64,000 bases of DNA from the sequence record MK308676.1. One strand, given 5' to 3'. Positions 18,844-27,881 of this stretch are shown in pieces (position 1 is the stretch's first letter; each line of letters begins with the position of its first letter). Under the pieces are notes generated by a model that ran no database searches, had not been told where the DNA came from, and saw only the letters and a list, made by a program, of their open reading frames with translations. The translations under genes were made by a program, and so were the position numbers.

Positions 18844-18900
18844 GTTAGAGACAGACTTTCGCCTGTCTCTAACGGTTGCATGCACAATGGCTATATAGGT
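18844..18900 (-). promoter_or_regulatory. Early-promoter-like ACCTATATAGC followed by a 13-bp GAAA hairpin
   Basis: GUUAGAGACAGGC-GAAA-GUCUGUCUCUAAC. Confidence 0.55.
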
Positions 18901-18911
18901 TTTACTTTAGT

Positions 18912-21080
18912 TTAAATGTCTACGGATAGAGTTGAATCCTCCAACCATCTGTCTGCTTCCTCCTCGGAAATGTCGTCACTGAAGAAATGAGTGAATTTAG
19001 TATTTGCAATGTTCATGTAAATGCCGTTACATGCCAGATAGAAAGGCTGCATTAGAGACATTAGGATTTTGCGCTCATCCATTACGGCGATGATTTCTTT
19101 CGGTATCTTTCCGCCTTGAAGCTGGTCAACCGGAGCCAGTAACTGAGTCATGGCTTTCTTATCGCGACTATACATGAATTCTTTCAATTCACTCGTAACG
19201 TTCCCATCAAGCGATTCCGCCCACTCATTAAAGTCTTTCTCTTTGCCTAACGTCACGTTGACCTTTAATGCGTCCGCTGGAGTTTGTTCAACTCTACCGT
19301 ACTTAGACCCCAAGACGATATTCCATAAGTCTTTACAGACTATCTGAGTTGCTCTGTCTTCAGCGGCGTACGTTTGAGGAGTCTTAATCTGTTCCGTTTT
19401 AAAGTACGTCGCATCACCGTCTCTCAAACGACCAAGAATACGGTGTTCTAATTTGGCCAAATAGGCGGCAGGCTCCATGGGACTAATCCCGCCCTCAATC
19501 GACGGAGCATTAAGAAGATACCAGTAGAACTTTTCTGTTTCTCTTCTCACTGGGCTCGGCAACTTGGAGCTCTTTAACTGCACTCCTTTCACTTCTAGTT
19601 CGGATTCAGGATATACATTCCCTTCACATGCCGATATATCCATGATGTAGTGTTTTGTGACCGTTGTATTAACCTGAGCCTTAGAGTAGAACTCTGACTT
19701 CATAGAAAGTCGGAACAGTTGGTCTTTATGAACGCCCATCTGACCGGACATGAGAGCTAAGGTATGTACGATAAGCTGAGACGTTAGGTATGATGTGATT
19801 GCGCCTGCTTGTACAGCACGGTGAGAGAAATCAATCTTACCAGTAAACCACTTAACCTGACGTTGAGTAGAGAAGATAGATGAGTCGGTATCTGAACCCA
19901 CAACCACACGACGTTTGATTGTAGGTAGAGAATGGATTGACCCTGGCATAATCTTAGTTGAGATGAACGCATCGATAAATACTTGGTACTGGTCGAACGT
20001 TTCCACAACTTGTTTGATGTAGCCAGTCCAGATAGCATACTCGTCTGGAGTTAAGTCCTTCGCTTTCTTACCTGCCATGAAGTCCGCAGATAACAGAGAC
20101 GCTAGTGCCACATCATCGTCTGACGCACCGCCTGCATATTTCTTTTGTTCTTCTGGGTCAGTAAGAGGAGTAGGGCGACGACAAAGGATATCGTACAGTT
20201 GACGAATAGCTTTATCGTTCGTTTCATGAAGTGCGTTTAAATCACCAATGAAACTAAATGCTGCACGCTCAATAGGTGTCATGTTCTCTACCATTCTGTG
20301 AATGAGAGTTTCAGCATGCTCATCTTTCCAATATAGGCGAGATGAACTTAGGATTTGTTCGTAGACATATTCAACCGATGGCGGAGTGATGTCGAACAAC
20401 ATTACGGCTTCTTCTACCTTAACAAGGTCTGCCTGCGACGTCACATAAACCATGTTCTCCATCGTCACCTCTGGGCTGAAGTAATGACGGTTAGAAGCCA
20501 TGAATTTCTCGTTACATGCGTTAGCGTATGAAGTGATAGCACGACATACAGAAGTTAATGACGTGTGAGATGAAGCGTAGTAAAGTGGGTTGTATGGCGA
20601 ACTCAGTGCACCTGAGATAGAGTTGTTACGGATTTTAAAGTTAGCCTGTAACAGGTTACAGAACGTAGCATGTTCATGGTTACCATCCATGAAAGCTGAC
20701 TGGCCTTCTTTCTTAACTGCTTTACGCATCGAAAGGTTATTTGAAATGAAGCCAGATAGGAATGAATCTTCTACGTCTGGGTTACAGTAAGCGATTAAGT
20801 TAGGCGCTAGGATATGGTTCTTAGCAATTACCCAATCTAGGTAAGAAAGTAAATCAACCTTACGCTTAGTACGGTCTCCGCGTGGGGCGCGCATGAGAGA
20901 GTGTAAGTCAGGTGATTTAGGACGCCAATCGGTTAGCATCTTTTCATCGACATAGCCTGTCGTCTTTTCTAGGTCGTCGCCTGTACCTAGGTGAAGTGCC
21001 ATAGACATGGACTTCTTATAATTACCAACGATATCGTAATCACGACCGTAGTAATCTAAATCTTTTACAAAAGCGGACAT
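18912..21080 (-). CDS. Family-B DNA polymerase, polymerase subunit (phiKZ gp50-like)
   Basis: KIRNNSISGA and VGSDTDS motifs, LEVKGVQLKSS; start MSAFV after AGGAG. Confidence 0.85.
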   Translation of the reverse strand: MSAFVKDLDYYGRDYDIVGNYKKSMSMALHLGTGDDLEKTTGYVDEKMLTDWRPKSPDLHSLMRAPRGDRTKRKVDLLSYLDWVIAKNHILAPNLIAYCNPDVEDSFLSGFISNNLSMRKAVKKEGQSAFMDGNHEHATFCNLLQANFKIRNNSISGALSSPYNPLYYASSHTSLTSVCRAITSYANACNEKFMASNRHYFSPEVTMENMVYVTSQADLVKVEEAVMLFDITPPSVEYVYEQILSSSRLYWKDEHAETLIHRMVENMTPIERAAFSFIGDLNALHETNDKAIRQLYDILCRRPTPLTDPEEQKKYAGGASDDDVALASLLSADFMAGKKAKDLTPDEYAIWTGYIKQVVETFDQYQVFIDAFISTKIMPGSIHSLPTIKRRVVVGSDTDSSIFSTQRQVKWFTGKIDFSHRAVQAGAITSYLTSQLIVHTLALMSGQMGVHKDQLFRLSMKSEFYSKAQVNTTVTKHYIMDISACEGNVYPESELEVKGVQLKSSKLPSPVRRETEKFYWYLLNAPSIEGGISPMEPAAYLAKLEHRILGRLRDGDATYFKTEQIKTPQTYAAEDRATQIVCKDLWNIVLGSKYGRVEQTPADALKVNVTLGKEKDFNEWAESLDGNVTSELKEFMYSRDKKAMTQLLAPVDQLQGGKIPKEIIAVMDERKILMSLMQPFYLACNGIYMNIANTKFTHFFSDDISEEEADRWLEDSTLSVDI

Positions 21081-21120
21081 TGTAGTTCTCCTTTTATCTA
21101 ACAGATTGACCGAGCCTGTA

Positions 21121-21160
21121 AAAAAGAAAAAACACTCCACTGACCCGAAGGCCAGTGGAG
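21121..21160 (-). terminator. Intrinsic terminator upstream of the DNA polymerase gene
   Basis: CUCCACUGGCC-UUCG-GGUCAGUGGAG followed by a U tract. Confidence 0.75.
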
Positions 21161-21290
21161 GTCATCGGACAGTTGTCCAGATAAGGATTGCCTATAAAGG
21201 CCTACAATGCCTGACTCGTTCCCACCGCGACCCGAACTGTTCCCCAACAATCCGACAGAGTCCTCGCTAGATAATAACTACTATCCGTTT

Positions 21291-21707
21291 TTAATTACGG
21301 ACGATAGCCATCGATGAGATTTCCCAACCACCTTGGTTAACCCATAGGCGGAACTTATCGTAGTCCCCTTCATCGAAGTTCTTTATCTGTACGTCTAGGC
21401 GGGTGTCACCTAAAGACTCGATAGTGTTATCGATAATCCAAGGCAGGCCAATGTAAACCATACTACCATCAGCTAGAGCCAACTGTACGTAGTCGTACGA
21501 AGCGTAGTCATCTAAGAAACGCGCTTTACGGTCTTCCGAAAGAGTTGGATAGATGTTGATATGGTTTGTATCAGCGTTAGAAGTCTGAGGTACAAACTGG
21601 CCACCGATGATAGCGGCAATCGTTCCTTCAAACTGTTTACGGCCACTGATAGAACCGTAGATAGTAAAGCGGTGTTGGCCGCCAGTTACTAAGTCATTGA
21701 TAGTCAT
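21291..21707 (-). CDS. Conserved small beta-barrel-like phage protein
   Basis: 138 aa, AGGAG RBS. Confidence 0.6.
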   Translation of the reverse strand: MTINDLVTGGQHRFTIYGSISGRKQFEGTIAAIIGGQFVPQTSNADTNHINIYPTLSEDRKARFLDDYASYDYVQLALADGSMVYIGLPWIIDNTIESLGDTRLDVQIKNFDEGDYDKFRLWVNQGGWEISSMAIVRN

Positions 21708-21734
21708 GACGGTCTCCTTATAGTCTATATGATT

Positions 21735-22094
21735 CTAGCGGTAAGTCACCGCTAGCTCATACGGACCACCTGCAAACTCAATGTTGCATGGGGCCAAATC
21801 TTTGTTCTGTAATTCGGGAACGGAATCTAAACTTTCGTAGAGCGAAGAATACAGCTCTCTAAAAGATAACAGAACGTCTTTACTTAAATGTCGATTGAAG
21901 ACATCGCACGTATATCCATAAGGCGCTAGATGGGCGAACATCTCTTCTGCTTTCTCATGGTACGCCATTAGGGCTTCGATGTCGTCATCGATTGGAGCAT
22001 CCATAAAGGAAGAGGCTTTAGCAACCTCCATGGCAAACTTATGCACCAGAGGAGTACGCACCATCACCACTACTGCTCGTATAGGACTGAACAT
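21735..22094 (-). CDS. Paralog-array member 9
   Basis: N-terminal VVVMVR strand and C-terminal hairpin. Confidence 0.55.
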   Translation of the reverse strand: MFSPIRAVVVMVRTPLVHKFAMEVAKASSFMDAPIDDDIEALMAYHEKAEEMFAHLAPYGYTCDVFNRHLSKDVLLSFRELYSSLYESLDSVPELQNKDLAPCNIEFAGGPYELAVTYR

Positions 22095-22533
22095 GTTGTT
22101 CCTCCGGTTGCACTAGAATTGAATCAGGGTCTATTACAATTACGCTAAAGTCTGAAAAAGAACAAGCCTCAGTCGAGTTTAGTAGAACGTTGCGTAAGTC
22201 TGAGTTGATGTTAAAAAGACGAACCATAGCTTCTATAAAGCCGCAGGCCATCGCATCTATCTGGATAGAATCCTCGCAGTCTCTACAGCCTGAGATTCTA
22301 CCACCACAATGACAATGGTCTATGAGTAATCCCTCGCAGGTATCTTCATAGAGTTGGTCTTTGATATCGCTAACGTCTGTTATGTCTTGCATCAGACATT
22401 TCAAAATGGGCTTAAGCATAATATCGAACCCGGGAGGGTAGCGATTAACTACCTCCCGAATTCCCGCAGTGCGCATTATTACAAAAGCCGGTTCGTTAAC
22501 GTACTGGACGTTGAACATGGGCGGCACCCTCAT
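22039..22533 (-). CDS. Paralog-array member 8 (Cys cluster)
   Basis: FVIMR ... VIVIDPDSILVQ; CHCGGRISGCRDC. Confidence 0.6.
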   Translation of the reverse strand: MRVPPMFNVQYVNEPAFVIMRTAGIREVVNRYPPGFDIMLKPILKCLMQDITDVSDIKDQLYEDTCEGLLIDHCHCGGRISGCRDCEDSIQIDAMACGFIEAMVRLFNINSDLRNVLLNSTEACSFSDFSVIVIDPDSILVQPEEQHVQSYTSSSGDGAYSSGA

Positions 22534-22861
22534 TGTAAGTAACCAAGAAAATTAAATCGCGAGCAGCAAGCTCTTCCCGATATACTACCTGCCAATCGTT
22601 TCCGTAAGGGAAGCTTTCCGCAATCTCAGATACAATGTTCCAGCGCAATTCATCTAAATGAGTGAGAGACTTACCTGAAGGTAGGAGTATCTCGTTCATC
22701 GTGAACTGGTTACCGTTATGTTTGTATCCAAAGGCTAATGCATTGCGGATTATCTCTTCTCGGTCCGATTCAGCAGAACTATCCATGATGACTTCGCGCA
22801 TTAACTTATCCACGAACTGATGTCCGCGAACAATTACAGTGTGCACAACATTACTCATCAA
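22496..22861 (-). CDS. Paralog-array member 7
   Basis: TVIVR ... EELAARDLIFL. Confidence 0.6.
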   Translation of the reverse strand: MMSNVVHTVIVRGHQFVDKLMREVIMDSSAESDREEIIRNALAFGYKHNGNQFTMNEILLPSGKSLTHLDELRWNIVSEIAESFPYGNDWQVVYREELAARDLIFLVTYNEGAAHVQRPVR

Positions 22862-23247
22862 TCTATCCCCGATACAGTTATCAATAACGTGTGGTCATCC
22901 AGAGAAGTTGCAAAGTAGAAGATACCTGTCATGAGACAGAGCTTATTCTCCACTTCGGTCAACTTCGCTTTCAGCTCAGCCAAATGTCTTTCATCTAATT
23001 CAGACATTAAATACGTTATATCTTCCGAGAACTTCTCGTACTCGTCATCCGTACCATGGAAGGCTTTGAGCACATCATCGAATGCATCGTCAGGGTCCAT
23101 GCCCATAATGCGGTGGCGTACCCACAGGCCAAACGCATGTCTGGCCTCATGGGTGGCCTCAGGCAATATCGTTCCCGCTAGTCTATGTCGGATAAGGATA
23201 TTGTAATCACTCATAATAAAGCACCATACTATCGTTATCGATAACAT
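22858..23247 (-). CDS. Paralog-array member 6
   Basis: NILIR ... TSLDDHTLLIT. Confidence 0.6.
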   Translation of the reverse strand: MLSITIVWCFIMSDYNILIRHRLAGTILPEATHEARHAFGLWVRHRIMGMDPDDAFDDVLKAFHGTDDEYEKFSEDITYLMSELDERHLAELKAKLTEVENKLCLMTGIFYFATSLDDHTLLITVSGID

Positions 23248-23593
23248 CTACTTTAAATTCGCAGTTACCATCCCCAGTAAAACGCTCCGTTAAAAGGCCG
23301 CGTTCCGATTCAGACTTAGGCAGTTGGTTGAAGACCGTGTTTAGAATCTCTTCTTTTATTTCCGTGAAGTACTGCTGCCAACCTTTAGAACCATCGTTAA
23401 AGGCTGGAGCATATTCTTCTAGGTCCGACGAGATTGTTTCACGGTCCACGCCCCACATGTGCATTTCAATTGCTGCCAGAGTCATTTCTCTCAGTTCATC
23501 TTGCGCCGACAAGATATGGGCGTTGGCCTGAGGAAACCGGACTATTACTTTGTCTTGCATTAGGGCCTCCTGATTGGTAACGAGAGAAGACAT
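23207..23593 (-). CDS. Paralog-array member 5
   Basis: KVIVR ... DVIDNDSMVLY. Confidence 0.6.
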   Translation of the reverse strand: MSSLVTNQEALMQDKVIVRFPQANAHILSAQDELREMTLAAIEMHMWGVDRETISSDLEEYAPAFNDGSKGWQQYFTEIKEEILNTVFNQLPKSESERGLLTERFTGDGNCEFKVDVIDNDSMVLYYE

Positions 23594-24086
23594 TAGTTAC
23601 AGGGCGAAGTCTAGGCGTAGGACGAACATCCATGATGCCCTGAGACGTATACGGCATGTTAGCGGCATAAACCACAACGGTTTCGCCATCAATGATAGCT
23701 GTGCCGAAGTGGTCAGTATTCATAACGACATTACACGCTTCAGGGTCATAGCGGAAGCCATCTAGCATATGAACCATCAAGTTTAAGAACTCGTCTTCCA
23801 GAGCTTCATTCTCTTGACAGCCGCCGCAAACGTTCTGCTGATTGTAACAAGTGCATGGTTGTTTTTCCAGACACAATAGTGTGTCCTGCTCAATCATCCA
23901 AAGTTCTAGGTTAGCACAAAGGACGTTATAAGCGTAGTTAAGGTCGATAGTTTGACCAGAAGCTAACGTGGCTTCTTTAAGTTTGGCATAAGCGAGATGA
24001 TAGAACTCTCTGACTGCAAGCGCAGTCAGAGAAGGGTTTGCTCTTGCGAAATCGCTTATCCCAGTATGACGTACTAGGATTTGCAT
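23496..24086 (-). CDS. Paralog-array member 4 (Cys cluster)
   Basis: QILVR ... AIIDGETVVVY; PCTC..VCGGC. Confidence 0.6.
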   Translation of the reverse strand: MQILVRHTGISDFARANPSLTALAVREFYHLAYAKLKEATLASGQTIDLNYAYNVLCANLELWMIEQDTLLCLEKQPCTCYNQQNVCGGCQENEALEDEFLNLMVHMLDGFRYDPEACNVVMNTDHFGTAIIDGETVVVYAANMPYTSQGIMDVRPTPRLRPVTNVFSRYQSGGPNARQSNSPVSSGQRPYLVGAR

Positions 24087-24496
24087 TACAGTATGTCTCC
24101 AAAGTTTAACGCAGGCGCCTCTTCTTGAACTGCCTGCTCTAGTCTATGTAGATAGAACGAGTTCATGTCGATACGCTCGCATTGAAAGTGGTAATACTCT
24201 CGGTCGTGTTCACTAGTGTGCGCATCGACAAGCTGTTGGACTCTTGTTCTTACAGCACCAAATATCGCATTCACGGTATTCGTAGGCACGAAGTTAGTTT
24301 CAAAGTATTCCTGTAAATCGGTCTTTACAAATGCTTGAAACTGAGGTCCCCAAAAGAACCACTGGAATTCACTCCAGGCCATTTCGTTAAAGTCTAAGTG
24401 CGGAGCATAGAACCCATACATCTCGAACTGGTATTCTATCTCAGCGGCGACTTTATCGAAACTAATTAATTCTGGGCTTCGCATTGTATACTCCAT
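24086..24496 (-). CDS. Paralog-array member 3
   Basis: ERIDMNSFYLH. Confidence 0.6.
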   Translation of the reverse strand: MEYTMRSPELISFDKVAAEIEYQFEMYGFYAPHLDFNEMAWSEFQWFFWGPQFQAFVKTDLQEYFETNFVPTNTVNAIFGAVRTRVQQLVDAHTSEHDREYYHFQCERIDMNSFYLHRLEQAVQEEAPALNFGDIL

Positions 24497-24965
24497 CTAC
24501 GAAATGTTCTTGTTCCCATTGCAGGATACGGAAGTCACCAATATAGTCAACGAAGAGTTCTCCAGCTTCAGAGAATCGAGGCGACCAGATATCGAATGAG
24601 TGTGTACCTAATAGCTGCGTGAGTTGATTATGTAAGGTTAGTCCTGAATTTTCCATATAGAAACGACGAAGGTCTTCCATTTGCTTCTTATCGAAAAACC
24701 CGATGGCTTTCATAATGTACGCATCTAAGGGATTGAGTTGTTCTTCGAAAACGAACTCATGGGGTTCGCGACAGAAGTCCAGCATGCTTAGGTTTAGGAC
24801 ATGTCGTGCGTGTGCTTCCACCATACCTCTGAAGAACTCAAAGGAATGCGGCGTATGGAATGGCCAAGGCTGGCTTTCCAGTTTGTTGTATTCAACTACG
24901 TTTACGAGGCGGTACACATATAGGTTACCGTCCAACACATAGCCTTTTAAATGCTCGTCTTGCAT
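24462..24965 (-). CDS. Paralog-array member 2 (conserved jumbo-phage protein)
   Basis: YVYR ... LFVDYIGDFRIL. Confidence 0.6.
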   Translation of the reverse strand: MQDEHLKGYVLDGNLYVYRLVNVVEYNKLESQPWPFHTPHSFEFFRGMVEAHARHVLNLSMLDFCREPHEFVFEEQLNPLDAYIMKAIGFFDKKQMEDLRRFYMENSGLTLHNQLTQLLGTHSFDIWSPRFSEAGELFVDYIGDFRILQWEQEHFVDGVYNAKPRIN

Positions 24966-25327
24966 CTGCGTCGTACTCCTTCCTCGTAGACTATAAAGCT
25001 CAGGTCGTCTATCATTTCTACTTGGAACGTGACTTGCCAGAGGTTTATCGGTTGTAGGGCCTCAGATATCTCATCCATTAAGAAAGGACGCCACTTATCT
25101 AAGAACCGCAATAAGCCTTCTGAGTCAATTGGGTTTACGGGACTGAACTTAGCTCCCCACTTTCGTTGCAATATTAAACCGACTATGGTCTCAACAGTTG
25201 CATCTCTAAGTCTTTTAGTTTCTTCTCGAGGGATTCTCTCAAAAAGAAAAGTCTCGACATCGTAAGCCACCAAACCTAGTTTAGAAACTAAGTCTGGGGC
25301 AAGCTGTCCTATATAACAAATGTCCAT
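24947..25327 (-). CDS. Paralog-array member 1
   Basis: EMIDDLSFIVY. Confidence 0.6.
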   Translation of the reverse strand: MDICYIGQLAPDLVSKLGLVAYDVETFLFERIPREETKRLRDATVETIVGLILQRKWGAKFSPVNPIDSEGLLRFLDKWRPFLMDEISEALQPINLWQVTFQVEMIDDLSFIVYEEGVRRRCKTSI

Positions 25328-25365
25328 AGCTGGAAACCTTTTTATTTATGATGATAACTATGGGA

Positions 25366-25376
25366 GTAATATAGGT
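25366..25376 (-). promoter_or_regulatory. Early promoter ACCTATATTAC heading the paralog array
   Basis: Exact TATATTAC. Confidence 0.65.
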
Positions 25377-25515
25377 ATAAAAATATCTAGAAATCAGGCT
25401 AAATCCAATAGGGTGACGAAGCCTTTATTTATAAGGGTCTTCAAAATCCTATTTTCGCTCAGGCCTTTATTCTATTGGATTCAGGCTGCATGTTAAAGAA
25501 TACAAAGGGACCGCT

Positions 25516-26298
25516 ATGAACAATCTCATTGATTTCTGTATTAAAGGTCATATCCGTAATCGTATTCCGCAAGTGATACTACAGCGTGCCTTTAAACCAG
25601 ACCCTCTGTTCGGACGCCACAATGTTCAGAACCTAGACTGGCTTATTGAGCAAGACGTGCTTATGAACAAGGTTCTACCCGACCTCAATACCATAGGCGG
25701 TGAGCAAATCACCATTGAGTTAACTGAGTTAAATCCTGTCCCTGTTGAAGGGGCATACATCTATGAAATCCCATTGTCTAAGACACAAGGCCGTAATATA
25801 AGCCGAGTGATGTCAGTAGACTATTCCATGGGCCGTCGTGGCGTAACAGACTCACGTGACCCTCTAATGGGAGCTGCTCGTAAGATGTTAATGGCATCTA
25901 CACCTTATGAGTCCACAGGCAATGCTCAGGTTCGTTTAGTCGGACCTAACACTATTGCCGTTCATGAGACTCTATCGGGCGTAGCTCACTTACGTTGTGT
26001 CTTAGGCTATGACGACGAACTCTCCACAGTAGACCAGTCTTACTGGCTAGACTACGCTAACCTGGCTGTCGTAGCAGCAGAGATGATTATCTATAATCGC
26101 ATCTCTATTGAGTTGGGTTCCGGTTCTAGTACAGGTGGTTCTCCGAACGACCGTCTAGTGCAACGTGTAGAAGAAATGTCAGACGCATGGGAACGATATC
26201 AGGAACTGCTTGATTCGACCATGGGTAAACTCTCTGTCCTTTCTAGCTACGATGCGAACTTAGAACACTTGCAGTTACAATTAGGTCCGCTGCCTTAA
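25516..26298 (+). CDS. Conserved core protein (phiKZ gp49-like)
   Basis: 260 aa, sole plus-strand gene here; VRLVGPNTI motif. Confidence 0.55.
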   Translation: MNNLIDFCIKGHIRNRIPQVILQRAFKPDPLFGRHNVQNLDWLIEQDVLMNKVLPDLNTIGGEQITIELTELNPVPVEGAYIYEIPLSKTQGRNISRVMSVDYSMGRRGVTDSRDPLMGAARKMLMASTPYESTGNAQVRLVGPNTIAVHETLSGVAHLRCVLGYDDELSTVDQSYWLDYANLAVVAAEMIIYNRISIELGSGSSTGGSPNDRLVQRVEEMSDAWERYQELLDSTMGKLSVLSSYDANLEHLQLQLGPLP

Positions 26299-26317
26299 AC
26301 AGCAAAAAAGAATAATA

Positions 26318-26347
26318 CCTAGGACTCCCGAATAGAGGAGTCCTAGG
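26318..26347. terminator. Bidirectional terminator
   Basis: CCTAGGACTCC/GGAGTCCTAGG. Confidence 0.7.
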
Positions 26348-26464
26348 ATTATCAGTATTTTATCGTCCGCTTCCAGACCTTTCAAGCGTCATCGCTAGCG
26401 TACCTATGGGCCGCCGTTCTCAAGTGCTTTTGATTGTTTGTGTTTTAAACTCGTCCTAGTTAAC

Positions 26465-26770
26465 CTAACCCGGTTCCCAAGGCACAGCAAAGTTACGAGT
26501 CTTCTCACTAGTCCTAATTGTCACTGCTGGGCCAGCCGTCCAATGATTCCTGCGTGCTTCGAAGAAGGCGCACTCAATAGACATAATCCCAGATAACAAT
26601 ATTCGCTCGGAGGCCGGTATCGCATGGTTAAACGAAATACAAGACTCGACCGAACTATCACATACTATTGGGGCTTCCAGTAGTAGATGATTCGGATGTG
26701 ACAATATGAACGGAGAGAAGAACAATGCTAGAATAAGGAGGATTCCGTATCTCAACATAGGACGTCTCAT
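26465..26770 (-). CDS. Small exported or membrane protein
   Basis: N-terminal hydrophobic LLILALFF; three Cys. Confidence 0.5.
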   Translation of the reverse strand: MRRPMLRYGILLILALFFSPFILSHPNHLLLEAPIVCDSSVESCISFNHAIPASERILLSGIMSIECAFFEARRNHWTAGPAVTIRTSEKTRNFAVPWEPG

Positions 26771-26823
26771 GCAGTTCTACACATATCATTATATAATGCG
26801 GTAAATAAAGAAGGGGTGAGGCG

Positions 26824-27192
26824 TTAAGCCTCTACCCCATTATTATAATCTTTACGAGCGTGTGATTTGACAGCTTTAAAAAAGCCTGGGAAAAGCTTAG
26901 GACTATGACCCAACAACTTGGCATTGTCAGTATAGAAGCGAGACGCTCTACGAACATGTTTCGCAGATACTCCCTTGCCCTCTTCTAGTGCGAACTCTCT
27001 AGCCAACTTTGCGCAATAGATGATAGTCTGTACTTTTTCTATCTTTTGTTTCTTTTTCTTAGACTTTACTAATAGCTCCATCTCCGCCTCTCTCTTCTTT
27101 CGACGAAAAGTGACGAAAGCAAAGATGATGCCGAGTATTGTTAGTAGTATGCCTAAAGCCTGGATTATTAATTCCGGCATAGTGCTCCCCAC
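26824..27192 (-). CDS. Single-pass membrane protein with basic cytoplasmic domain
   Basis: ALGILLTILGIIFAFVTF-RRKKR. Confidence 0.65.
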   Translation of the reverse strand: MGSTMPELIIQALGILLTILGIIFAFVTFRRKKREAEMELLVKSKKKKQKIEKVQTIIYCAKLAREFALEEGKGVSAKHVRRASRFYTDNAKLLGHSPKLFPGFFKAVKSHARKDYNNGVEA

Positions 27193-27235
27193 GGGTAATA
27201 ATGAAATCGCCCTCGTGGAGTGTCATAGAAGAAGA

Positions 27236-27622
27236 TTAAGCTCTAGTTATTTCTAACGCCTTGTCGACGACGTCTTGGAAATCACTCTCTTTTAACAAAT
27301 CTCCTGCAACACTGGAGCAGGCAGTTTTACGATAACGGGTTTTAATCCACCTGATAGGGTCAGGTAGGTTAGGACAGTATACTAATTTCGACTTCAAAAG
27401 AACGACGAGTTTAGCCTTTTCTCTTTTCCGAATACGGTCAATCTGCGCTTGTTCCACGGAGGACTTGGTCAACACGCTTCCAATAGCAAAAAATGCAAAC
27501 ATTGCGAAGGCGAAGGTAAGGCTATGTAGCCACGCTCCGTCTAGCACAAAATTACAATCCGCCATAAGAACTCCTAGGGCAGTGCCCTTCTTTTGGTTAA
27601 ACATACGGAGTGTGAACTCCAT
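27236..27622 (-). CDS. Membrane protein (1-2 TM segments)
   Basis: LTFAFAMFAFFAIGSVL. Confidence 0.6.
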   Translation of the reverse strand: MEFTLRMFNQKKGTALGVLMADCNFVLDGAWLHSLTFAFAMFAFFAIGSVLTKSSVEQAQIDRIRKREKAKLVVLLKSKLVYCPNLPDPIRWIKTRYRKTACSSVAGDLLKESDFQDVVDKALEITRA

Positions 27623-27881
27623 ACTATTCCGGGCAGAGGGAGTGAGTTACATCTCGGAGTACCTATCTTGTCTCTTAAGGATGATGAGTCTATAGTCTAT
27701 CTAATCATTATCTATGTACTAGACAGCATAAAGCCTTCCCTGGGGCCGTGGGGGCTGAGGGGCAGTTTACTCTACTACAAGTATAACACGAATGTGTTTA
27801 TTATGACCGACATAAAGAAAAAAGATAGAGAGAACCTCCCTCCTCCCCTTAGGGAGAAGAGAGATTATCTATCGACTTATC

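Noticed and set aside
27738-27762. G-run cluster as a G-quadruplex
   Set aside because: Only three G-tracts; insufficient for a canonical intramolecular G4
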